Assembly: GCA_032718475.1 (NCBI GenBank)
Contig: JAUCBJ010002565.1
Location: forward strand, 1 to 48,669
DNA length: 48,669 nucleotides
Reading direction: 5' to 3'
Source: Nemertoderma westbladi
Lineage: Eukaryota > Animalia > Xenacoelomorpha
Position numbers and translations under genes: made by a program. A model generated the notes under the pieces. That model made no database searches. It saw only the letters and a list, made by a program, of their open reading frames with translations, and was not told where the DNA came from. Each line of letters opens with the position of its first letter. Within the stretch, counting starts at the first letter, position 1. Below, in pieces: positions 1-12,500 of this stretch.

Positions 1-380
1 TCGTCTGCCCATGTAATACTAACCGTCTGTATCTCTGTTCGTCTGCCCATGTAATACTAACCGTCTGTATCTCTGTTCGTCTGCCCATGTAATACTAACC
101 GTCTGTATCTCTGTTCGTCTGCCCATGTAATACTAACCGTCTGTATCTCTGTTCGTCTGCCCATGTAATACTAACCGTCTGTATCTCTGTTCGTCTGGCC
201 ATGTAATACTAACCGTCTGTATCTCTGTTCGTCTGGCCATGACATTATAACAGTCTGTATCTCTGTTCGTCTGCCCATGTAATACTAACCGCCTGTATCT
301 CTGCTCGTCTGGCCATGTAATACTAACCGTCTGTATCTCTGTTCGTCTACCCATGTAATACTAACCGTCTGTATCTCTGC
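1..380. repeat. 38-bp minisatellite (ctaaccgtctgtatctctgttcgtctgcccatgtaata)n, at least 10 copies, truncated by the window edge
   Basis: Direct reading; the last copy merges into the 3' end and donor of the CEP128 exon. Confidence 0.95.
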
Positions 381-514
381 TCAGCCTCTGTTTTCTCATT
401 GTTTGCGAACTCTAACTTATTGATTTCATTCAGAACGTCTCTTTCCGGTGTGATACTCAACTCAAGGGCTTCAGTTGAGTTGTGTAGTTGGTTAGCTAAT
501 TCAGTTACCTGGGC
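366..514 (-). CDS. CEP128: CEP128 exon ([10 protein letters not shown]...EQRYR); the gene continues beyond the left edge
   Basis: ttttag| acceptor, |gttag donor, phase 0 to 2. Confidence 0.75.
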
Positions 515-3500
515 CTAAAAATGAGTTAATAAAAGAAATAAATTTACTTTAAACGCAGATAATGCCAGTTTACCGGTACATACTACAGTAGCCCAGCAAA
601 GATAACTGTTTGTTAGTCATCTCTTTCATAAAAGCGTGTAGAATAAAGCTGTTTCGATAGGAGCTTTAAATACTGTTAATTTTGAATGAAATTGTGATTT
701 TTTTGTCAGGCTCATTTTAAAAATGGAAACACTTTCGAACAAAACTTTATTTACAGTGAGCGAGTGAGGTGAGTAAGAATAAGTATACACAACATTATAC
801 GATGATATATGAAATGGGGGTTCCGTGCGGCACTGAGAGATAAATTAAAGTTAAATATCAACTCGAACGGATTATAAACCAAAATAGAAAGATTTTGTCC
901 TAGAAATTTGTCCACTATAGCGGAGCAGCAGACTGGAGAACTAAAGACGGGTTAAGTCTCATAAAGATTAATATATACAGTAAATATATGCCACGTGCCA
1001 CGTGGTCCTATCAGCACGAAATAATGATTATCACGGAATTGGATTATGGCATATGGATCAGCCTCCTCACAAAAACAGAAGAGTTAGCTTGAACGGTTTA
1101 AAAATCACGAAATTTTAGATGGTTTTCACTTTCACACTCTAGCGGCAGAATGGATAACTTATAAACGGATCTGCGTCTTCCTTCATACAGATACAATATA
1201 TATGAGGCAGTACCAAATTACAGCATAGAGAGATACAGTAGATAGATTTATTTATACTGTTTATAGATTATTTATACTATTTTATAGATTTATTAATTTT
1301 ATTTAAAATGCCCGGGGGGTCATTTTCGCCTGTGACACGGGTGCGAAATCCATAATGATCGTGAACATATCCAGCTACCGTAAGTACCGGTAGTTGTTGC
1401 AGAGTTGATCAGTTTGTTGTACTTTTTACCGTGCAATTGTAGGCCTGAACTACTGAAGGGTGGCTTCTGCTTAGATCGACAACAGTACTTTACAGGACTG
1501 CAGAAACTAAATGTAAAACGACGCAACGGTACCTACCTACCTACTGCCTACTCCTACAAGTAAAACCTAAATCCAAAATCTGAAAAATGGTGAAACGTCA
1601 ACAACTACACTCAACACCAGTCGCTAAGGTTGGTGGTGTTGCAACTGCTAGTTCAAAGAAACGCAAACTTGATAAAGATGTCAGTGTAGCCAAAACTCAA
1701 AATAAAAAGTCAAAACGGATTTTGCAAGTAAAACAACCAAGTCCAGAGGCAGAGACTAGTTCGGAGGAAGATGAACCTTCTTCCGAAGAGGAACAGGTGC
1801 TGGTATCCAAAGCGACACAGAAACAAGCGTCAAAGGGGGAGATTGAAGAGGATGACAGTGACAGTGAAGAAAGCGATGACATTGACGAATCATCTGGTGA
1901 TGAAGAGGATGTCATCTTGAAGCAAGGAATTGAAGTGGACAATGAGGAGTCATCAGACGATGATTCCGATGATGATGGCAACGTGAACGGGGAAGACGTT
2001 GATATGGCCGAAGATTCAGAAGAAAAGTCCAGTGACGACGCTGATGATGATTCAGAAGTAGACCAACCACCTGTAAAGAAGACTGTTAAAAGCCTCCCTT
2101 CAGAAACAACAGAAAAGAAACCAGTTCACATAATGTGGAAACCGCAAAGGGTTAAATCGTTCGCTAAGGAAATGCGTTTAATTTTGGAAAGTCAAGGAAT
2201 TAACTGTCAAAAATGCAACCCTTGTAAAGAAGATGGGTTTATTACTCAGTTCGCCAACCAAGCCGAAGCTGACAAGGTTATAGCGACGTTCAATGATCAA
2301 CCGGTAACTTCCTATAACTGGACACTGCGAGTTTGCGATCTGGAGAAGGAGAAAGCTGCTGAAAAGGCGGCGAAGCAGTTGCCCGTGGGGGCGGCTCGGG
2401 GTGGGGGCGGTGACCGTCGAGGTAACGATGACACAGACGCGTTACAAATCACCGAGATTCCGACTTCCTGCACCGAGGAACTCCTTCACGAGAAGTTCCC
2501 CGACTGTCGGAGTCTCAAACTCTTCAACAGCGACCCCTCGCGGCCGGGGATGGCGTTCGTGAACTTCAACGATTCCTCCGAGGCTCGTAAAGCCCTGGAC
2601 GGGTTCCCCGACGGCTTCGAGGTCGATGGAACCGCCGTCCAGATCCGGATGAAGACGCCGAAACGAGACGCCGGTATGGGAGGTGGTCGTGGAGGAAGGG
2701 GTGGCTTCTCCAGAGGTTCGGAGGACACCAAAAGTCTAACTATTTTCGGACTCTCTCAAGCTGTTACCGATGATATGTTGTACGAAAAATTCCCCAACTG
2801 CTCGTCGGTCAAGGTATTTAATTCGGACCCGACTAGACCGGGGATGGGTTTCATTGACTTCGGGGATCCCAGCGAGGCTCGCAAGTGTCTCGATGCGATC
2901 CCGCTGGGGTTCGAGGTGGACGGGGTTCGGGTCGAGGTGAAGATGAAGACGCCGAAACGGGATGACGGCGGACGCGGTGGTGGGCGAGGGGGCGGGCGAG
3001 GGAGGGGCGGGTTCGGTAGGGGCGGGCGAGGGGGGTTCCGGGGTGGGCGAGGGGGTGGGGCGCCGAGACCCAAGGTCGGTATACAACCCTTCCAGGGCTC
3101 CAAGAAGTCTTTCGATTTTTGACAACAAATAGGTCGAGTTGAGTAAACTAATGTAACGCTGTTGATTTCATTACTGACTGACAGTAACCCCGACGACTTG
3201 CGTGTCGTTATGTTCTTTATGGACCCGAGTTGGAATAATGTATACAGTTCGCCCAACGGTTGAAGGACAATTAACTGACTTTTAGTTCGCACTTTGTTTT
3301 ATAAAGTATTTTAATTTGTTCTCCTTCGTGGAGCTTGGCAGTATTAATAATGTAAGGTGTATCCAAGTATACAGCTATGGTCTGGTATTCTTAATGAGAT
3401 ACTATAATTAATTAATTATGGTATAAGAAATGAGAAACAATAAAAAGCGATAAAGTTAGTTATGTTTACCTGCGATTAATAATGGGTCGCTCTGTTGGGA

Positions 3501-6500
3501 TTGGTTATAATAACAGATACATAATAAAGTTAAGTTAATAAAGTCCCACCTAAGTGTGGTGGTTAAATGCGTCGCCTTGAATTCACATCTCTCCTGAGGT
3601 CGTGGGTTCGATCCCCGTTTGTGGCCAGGGGAGTTTTCTATTAGGCACGGATGCTTTAAAGGTTCCTTAAATTGTAACTAAATGAGTATAGCAATTACCT
3701 CTGGGGAGTATAGTTGTGTGGGGACCTCTCTGGAAATAAGTCGTCGGAGTTTGTGCGTGATTCTTGGCCTAACGACCGAAAATAACTTTGATTTACTTGT
3801 TTTAAATATCCTACATTAATGATTATGTAATTGTATGAGACAGGGGGGGGGGGGGGGGAACTGGAGGCAAATCCCGCCTTGGCGAATTAATATCCAGCCT
3901 CAATATTAAATTCTCAATTTAGGGAAATGAGCAGGTTACAGTGGCACGTTATCTTAACCAAAACAATAAACTAGATTCAGCTGTTATTTGCGTCGAATTT
4001 CCCCTGGAGAGGGATGAATTTTATATTGCGTCCAGTTTCCCCCCTATCTGAATTGTATTCAATGGTAGGTCTGGGAGTGTGTCTGTAAATGTAGTATAGG
4101 GGAATGAATTGAAGTATTCTATTTGCCCGATTAAAGATAATTAAAGTTACAGTAACAACGTAAAATGTATGATCTTATATTAAGTAGAAAGTCTCTATAA
4201 TTACCTGTAACTTTTTCAGCCTTTCATCCTTCAGTTTATTCGACAACTCCAGTTGCTTCTTTGCCTCTCGGGTTTCGTCCAATAAAGTCGACTGTTTCGC
4301 CATTTCCGATAAAACTTCGTATCTATCGTGTTCACTGAATTTAAATAATCATATTTGGTTTAGTAAATCTTGGGACCCCTACCCTCGGGTAGCAGCTATC
4401 GAAAGAGGAGCCTTCGGGTCGCCTCCGGCTTCGGCCGACTGTTTGCTTGCTTGAACTGGTTTAGTTACCTTGGTTACATGGCTATCTTTCGCGCATATGT
4501 CCACCGCGGGGAGGTGGATATTAACACGTGAAGGGGGTGGGATAGACAAATAAGTTGTATTTTTCAAATACACTGGTTCTTTGTGAGAGTTGGGAGTATA
4601 TCACTACCTCACGACTACGACGCTGCGTCTATACAATGTTGTAGTTACTATCCATAAAGTAAACAGTGTATTCGCGCGTTCTACCAGCTATGTCACTAAC
4701 CTGTGGTCTATAGTTGTTGTTATTTCCTTGTCTCTCGTATGGCGTTCTATACGTAATATTTTTTCGTGATCGTCCCTCTCTTTTACTTCTTCCTGTAGCC
4801 ATAGTAACTTGGCTCTCGCCTCAGACAACCAAGACTGCACGTGAGTCATAGCCCCTCGCACGGGAGACAGCGCCTGTTAATTAAATTAAAGTCGAAATGT
4901 ACCAAAAATACATGTCGATTAATAATATACACTGCGAGCGAGAGATAGGCAGATAGATTTATATGTAAAAAAAAACCAATTGTCAATTCACCATAGAGGC
5001 TGCCTGTAGAATGGCAAATTATTTAGCCTCTTCACAAAGATAAATCCTGTGTTCTGGTACCAAAAGTGCTACACTTAGTTTAATTTCATAAAAGATTAAC
5101 TTAGTTGCTGTATATTATGACAGATGGACAGACCGTGCGACGGTTAACAATGCTCGTATGCTAAGCTCGTTTACTTTATGGCTCGCCCCACAGTACAATG
5201 TACCACTGAAGCAAATATGCATAGACTATATTACAGAACTTACCCTAAACGAGCTTCCTGATTCTTTGCTGACGATATCTACCAATGCGTCTATCTCTCG
5301 ACCAATCACAGTCTGTAACTCCTGGAACTCGCCTTCAACCCTCGCCCAATGTCTCTTAACATCTACTAATCTATCGGCAGCGTCCGATGCCTTAGTGGTT
5401 GACTGCTGGGCCAAAAGATACTTCTCTTCCAGCAAACACGAAGCCTTGTTTAACTTTTTGGTCAATCTAGCCACTTCATTCTCCTGCCTATAAAATTTAA
5501 ACTTTAACTTTAAACGTTTCCTCTTTAATTACATTTTAACATCAATTACGATTTAAAAAATATGCGGAAAGGTTAAAAATTACTTATATAGCATCTATTT
5601 CAATTTTAACTTAATTTAACCATAGACAATTACACAACCACAATCAACGCCAAGATATAACTAATTATATTATAACTTGGAATCATGACTCCAGATAATT
5701 ATGGTGAGTAAAAATGAAAACACCACCCGAGCATCGTCGGTTGAGGGGACGGACACAAAGTGAGAAAAAAAGGTAAAGTGGGCACAAATAGGAAGGGGAA
5801 TTAATTTATTGTTTTGGTTAGAAACACTAAATCCTGTCGCTGGTACATTACACTAAAACACGTGCTTTTAAAGACAACAACTGATTTCTTAACTGTATCA
5901 TAATATTCGAACGCTTTTAGTGGATGTGCTTATTTTTTTACTGTTGAATCACTAATGGTGGTTGTAAGAGTTTCTTTTTAAGCTCACTTGAATCACAGTA
6001 GTTAGTCGATGTAGTGAGGATATATTAATGGAACCCAAATTGCCTATTTATAGTTGTTGACGTCATCAAAACAACCATAGTGAATTATTATAAAGGAACT
6101 TAATTGTAAGTAAGTGCCCTTTAATTTGTTGCCAACCATGTTGAGAATAATTCACTACATCTACAACAACTAAATCAGTGATTGCGATTGCAATGGGCTG
6201 AGTGATACCTCCGAATGCTTATTGCAAATATGATTTGTATTTAGCTTCAGATACATCCGCAGAGACCCAAAGGACACCCAAGTTAGATCCCTGAGTCGAA
6301 TCAACTCCTACCTCCTTATTTTATTCGCAATACCACCATTAGTAAACCATACGGAGACACTCTGTCCTGTTAGACTTAACATAAATTAAGCGGTGAGTAC
6401 AAAACAATTTCAAATCTAATAAATACATACTTCCAACTTCTACATGTTATAACGTATAGCTAGCTATCCATTTTACATGCTTTTAATAATTATTGAAAAT

Positions 6501-9500
6501 GTACCTCATCTTACTTCAAATTGTTAATTTGAGTGCAACCCGCAATTGTATTGACTTAATTGTATTTTCATTTACTAATATAGTAATAGGGCGTAATCCG
6601 GATGATGAATGAGCAATGAGCACGTTTGTTTGTAGTTATATACGTGATTTGAAGCAGATTCTAAGTGTACTGCTCATTCAATACTCGGTGTAGAATACGT
6701 TTCTAGGAACATATGGATGTCCGAGGAATATTTCCGATTCCTAAAACCCATCAAGTATAAAGATAGAAACTAAACTCCACTGGACTAATAGCAGCTAGTA
6801 GAAGTATAATGTAGATGATATAACCGATATATAAAGTAGAAACAATTTACACAATAATTATAGGACCCCAGTCGGTTTAATAAATAACATTAGTGAGTAA
6901 AGTAACGGTAGCAACCGGGTCTACAACCTCTCTACGACCATGGCGGTGGCCCCGCCGCCCCCGTTACAGATGGCCGCGCACCCGATCTGTCCGACGGCGA
7001 GCGAGTGTACGAGATGGGCGAGGATGCGAGCTCCGGACATCCCGATGGGGTGCCCCAAGCTAACGGCCCCGCCGTCCAGGTTCACTCGGCCCTCGTCCAG
7101 CCCCAACAGTCGCACGTCGGCCAGCACCACGGCGCTGAAGGCCTCGTTAATCTCCCACCAAGCCACCGACTCAGCCGCCAACCCGCAGCGCTCCAACACC
7201 TTCCGAACCGCGTAAACCGGGGCCACGGCGAAGTCCACCGGCTCGGTAGCGGCGTCGCAGTAACCTAGGATACGCGCGAGGGGGGTCAGCCCATTGGCGT
7301 CGAGTCCGCGCTGATTGGCTAGCAGCAGCGCGGCTGCCCCGTCGTTCAGCGTCGACGCGTTCCCCGCCGTGATCGTTCCTCCTTCCTTACGGAACGCCGG
7401 TCGCAACCCCCGCAGTTTAACCAAATCGACTTTATCGACCTCCTCGTCGCGGTTTACTTCCCGAAGTTCTCCCTTCCGGCCGGTCGGCGCGGAGACCGGT
7501 AGGAGTTCCCGCGCGAATCTCCCCGTATTCGCGGCTTCCGCCGCTCGGCTGTACGACCGAACCGCGTAGTCGTCCTGCTCCTCTCGAGAGATTCCCACTT
7601 TATCCGCGGTTCCCTCGGCACACAGACCCATATGGATCCCTCGGTAGGCGTCGGTAAGTCCGTCGTCTAGGATCGCGTCCCGCGCGGTGAACCCCCCAAA
7701 CGCCGGAGTTTCCCTGGCAACTAGCAGCGGAACGTTCGACATGGATTCGAACCCGCCGGCCACCATAACGTCCTGGTCGCCGCAACGCAGTCCAGCGGCT
7801 GCCATAGCGACGGACTTCAAACCGGACGCGCACACTTTGTTTATTGTTGTGCAGGGCGTTGTTACGGGCAACCCGGCGCCCAGCGCGGCTTGTCTCGCCG
7901 GCGCCTGGCCCTGTCCTGCCTGGCAGACGTTACCCAGGTAGACCTCGCCCACCCGGTCCGCCGCCAGGCCGGTCCGCTCCAGGAGTCCCCGGATAGCGGC
8001 CGTGCCCAGTTGAACCCCCGTAAGGGATTTAAGGCTCCCCCGGAACGAACCGATCGGGGTTCGAACTCCGTCCACTATGAAGGCATCCGTGGTTTCCGTA
8101 CCGCTGCTGTGGAGAAACCGTCGCGAACAACCGCCGAACCGATATCGGAAACGCAACCCCAACATCGAAGCCGAAGTCAAGTTCAAATATCAAAATGGTA
8201 GTCTGACTGTCTGAAGTCTGAACTCAGATACCCAAATGCAAATCTAGAAATCAAACTTTGCGCGCCTTGCCACTGAAGTCTGGAAGTAGGCCTACTGCTG
8301 TACTGCAGTACATCAGTAACTACTAGGCCTACTGAACTAATGAAATGGAATGTTTTATTGAAATAAAAATATAAAAAACGAAAGTAAATCTTCCGATATA
8401 AAGTATAAAAAACAAACAACCGATGAACTGAACAATGATACGGTAACAGTACTGCTGAACAACTGTAGTGCAGTCAGTCGGTGAGAAGTCAAAAATTGGA
8501 CTTCAAGTCCAATTTTAGACTTCAAGTCCAATTTTGGACTCCAAAGTCCAATATTGGACTTTAGTACAACTCCAACCAAGTGTACCCATGCTGCCATACT
8601 GTATATCGGTATTTAAATCAAAACTGCATCCCGTATCAGTACATATATATATTACATAATTACAATGCAACATTATTTTAATGATCAAATTAATTATTAT
8701 ATGTCATATGTACTGATGTAGGCCTATTATAAACATGGATCTCACACGTACAGTCAGACATTAGTAGTTACTTTTTGCGGTAGTGGTATAGCTTTACGGT
8801 AGCCTTACTGCCTTAGCGGTGTATACCGCGGTAGCGTAGTTGAGTTATAGCTGTATAGTTCATTCATACATACCCATACTGCCATACCTGTGGTATTTTC
8901 GTATGGCAAAAATAAGACTACTGTAAACTGTAACCTATTATGTTATTGAGTTAATGTTATTGACTAATTGTTTTGATTAGGTTCACTGTGTCAAGTACAA
9001 TGCACACATCTCTGCATCTCCAACCAGACACTATATAACATTGGAGTTGGAGGTGTCTCATTCAGTCATTGGTTCCCCCAAGCTTGACACTAGAACAAAG
9101 CCGCCTCCGCTTTGCAGGACATCGCTTTAAGCAGTGAGGACCAGCCAGTGCACCTCATGGAGTTAATAAGCATGGTGGACAGCCCATGACTTTCTTGAGA
9201 CGCATCTTTCTTACTGTCTTAAAGGACACTGGCCTTGAAGATGCGGATGATCTAGCAAATGTCATGGGCAGATGGGTGATAAGGCTGTAAGGCTGTAAGC
9301 GTGTAAGGGAGTTGTGGAGGCGCACTTTTGTCAACAAGCCGGCACAGCATTCTTAATACATAATAGGGCCTATACTGCTATATATATAATGCAGCTGCAA
9401 TGAATCATGCCGATTGTAGTAGTAGTATGTGGTGAGGTTATAGGGCTCCTTCAATTGGTAAAGTCAAAAGTGGCCGTTTATTGTTTTAGTTAGAAAAGCC

Positions 9501-12500
9501 TGCCTCTGTAACCTGTTCCTTTCCCTCAATTGGTTTATGATTATGACGTGTGTTACTTGTTACTTCTGTACTAATTATGTGGAGACCCCAACGCGTTAAT
9601 CAGTTACGGTACTAATCCCATTTCATTATCCTGTTATCCAGCTGTTTTATAATACCCTTCCTGTTGTATGGAAAAATTAGAAGAGATGGTGGTAGCATCA
9701 ACTTGTAGTATTTCTGATAGGGCTCCCAGCCTTAGACGAAATCGTAGCTTGTACTGTAGTTAGCCTTAGCCTGTTAGCAGCAGCTGCAGTTGGCTAACCT
9801 GGCATTGCTACCAGTATCCACCAAATATAATTTGTAATTAAATATTTGTTGGAGCATAATCTAATCTAGTCCTAAAGACACTATAAAGTCCTGGGTACAT
9901 AAGGCTGTAAGGTTAGACATAACATGAATGTAAATTGTGAACTAAACAATATGCTAAAAGTAAAGTACAAAGTACCTAGAATGCTAGAATGTAGGCCTAC
10001 CATTATATTCTAAGTACAGTACACTGAAGATACATACAGAGCTGCAAAGGTAACTTTCCATAACTTAACAGCTGTCTGGCTGTCTCTCATCTGTCATGCT
10101 TCATGTACCTTTAAGTTCGATTCTCAATGTCACGTCCAAAATTGGACTTAAAGTCCAATATTGGACTTTTGTAAAAATTCAAAGCCTTATAAAAAAAGTT
10201 CCCCCTGGTGAATTTCAGGTCCCCCTGTTCAAAACTCTTATTTTTTGATATATTTTCGATTAAAGAAAAAAAATCCCGCCCGATCCTATTACCCAAGGCC
10301 CTGGAACAATTGGCTGATTTGAAGTCCAATATTGGACTCACAGAAGTCCAATTTTGGACTTGAACTGGAGTCGAAGTCCAATTTTGGACTCAAGTCCAAT
10401 TTTAGACTTCAAGTCCAATTTTGGACTCCAAAGTCCAATATTGGACTTTAGTACAACTCCAAGTGTACCCATGCTGCCATACTGTATATCGGTATTTAAA
10501 TCAAAACTGCATCCCGTATCAGTACATATATATTACATAATTACAAAGCAACATTATTTTAATGATCAAATTAATTATTATATGTCTGTATGTATTATAC
10601 AATGTTATAAACAGGGATCGCACACGTACAGTCAGACATCAGTAGTTACTTTTTGCGGTAGTGGTATAGCTTTGCGGTAGCCTTACTGCCTTAGCGGTGT
10701 ATACTGCGGTAGCGTAGTTGAGTTATAGCTGTATAGTTCATTCATACCCATACTGCCATACCTGTGGTATTTTCGTATGGCAAAAATAAGACTACTGTAA
10801 ACTGTAACCTATTATGTTATTGAGTTAATGTTTATTGACTAATTGTTTTGATTAGGTTCACTGTGTCAAGTACAATGCACACATCTCTGCATCTCCAACC
10901 AGACACTATATAACATTGGAGTTGGAGGTGTCTCATTCAGTCATTGGTTCCCCCAAGCTTGACACTAGAACAAAGCCGCCTCTGCTTTGCAGGACATCGC
11001 TTTAAGCCGTGAGGACCAGCCTGTGCACCTCATGGAGTGAATAAGCATGGTGGACAGCCCATGACTTTCTTGAGACGCATCGCGATGCAAGATGCGGATG
11101 ATCTAGCAAATGTCATGGGTGATAAGGCTGTAAGAGTGTAAGGAGTTATGGAGGCGCACTTTTGTCAACAAGCCGGCACAGCATTCTTAATACATAATAG
11201 GGCCTATATATATAATGCAGCTGCAATGAATCATGCCGATTGTAGTAGTAGTATGTGGTGAGGTTATAGGGCTCCTTCAATTGGTAAAGTCAAAAGTGGC
11301 TGTTTATTGTTTTAGTTAGAAAAGTCTGCCTCTGTAACCTGATCCTTTCCCTCAATTGGTTTATGATTATGACGTGTGTTACTTGTTACTTCTGTACTTA
11401 TTATGTGGAGACCCCAACACGTTAATCAGTTACTAATCCCATTTCATTATCCTGTTATCCAGCCGTTTTATAATACCCTTCCTGTTGTATGGAAAAATTA
11501 GAAGAGATGGTGGTAGCATCAACTTGTAGTATTTCTTTCTGATAGGACTCCCATAGCCTTAGACGAAATCGTAGCTTGTAGGCCTACTGTAGTTAGCCTT
11601 ACAGCCTTCAGTAGAGAACATACCCTTAAATAAGCTCCAAAATTGGGTTCTTATTTAAGGAAAATGGCTCTTATTTAGGGGTTTTTGGGCATTTTTTGTA
11701 TATTTTTTCGATATAATATGCAATAACTTGTTTCAGGAAAAAATACCGCATAATTTTATTTCACAATGTAAAAGTTTGGTCTTTCTTGAACATAATGCAA
11801 AAAACCAGTAAACATTTCACCGTCCGGTTTTTTTTCTACAAGCGTTTTAAAATTGCATCAAAAATATGACCAGTTATTAAATAAGGGGGATTTTTTAAAT
11901 TTACCTTATTTAAGATATCGAAATTGTACACATAAATACTAAAAGTCCCTAAATAAGAACTTTTTGACCTGGGTTTCTTATTTAGGATTACCGGCAGACC
12001 GGTACAATTGTATTCCAAAATCTGCACACTCCTTAAATAAATTAAATATTCCTTATTCCTTACAGCTGTATAGTACCGGTAGGTGTTACACTTCTTTCAT
12101 AATTCTTTGATTTATGTCAGTCTGTATATTGCTAATTGTTTGGTTAAGAAGGACAATGGTTGCACTGCACTCTATAAATGCTCTATAGAATATCGTATCA
12201 TAAAGAAGTTGCTAGCACTGGCATTCATACCTCATACGGTAGTATAGAATAGCCCATTGATATTCAAAAGAATAGCCCATTGCCCATCTGAGCGCACAGA
12301 ATTTGTCACGTATTTCGATATGAGACATGACTCAAGTAACTAGGCATCACCCCACAGTTTCGAAAAACTAACTTGTGTCCTGTATTTCCTCTTCTGCCTC
12401 GCGTTACGCCCCACTTAGATGTATTATCCACAATGTTGTACTTGAAAGGCGTGAAAAAAACAATATCAATGTCATGTCAATAGGCACGGGGATGGTTCGG

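Noticed and set aside
1-380. Possible CRISPR array (also considered for the 23-bp and 63-bp arrays)
   Set aside because: Head-to-tail repeats with no unique spacers, no cas genes, eukaryotic context.
1697-3292. Ser- and Pro-rich antisense ORFs (similar ones over ACAT1 and ASXL)
   Set aside because: Shadows of real genes on the opposite strand.
3551-3625. tRNA gene (similar B-box motifs at ~17235, ~23795, ~33462 and ~46832)
   Set aside because: No complete cloverleaf or acceptor stem found; more likely SINE heads.
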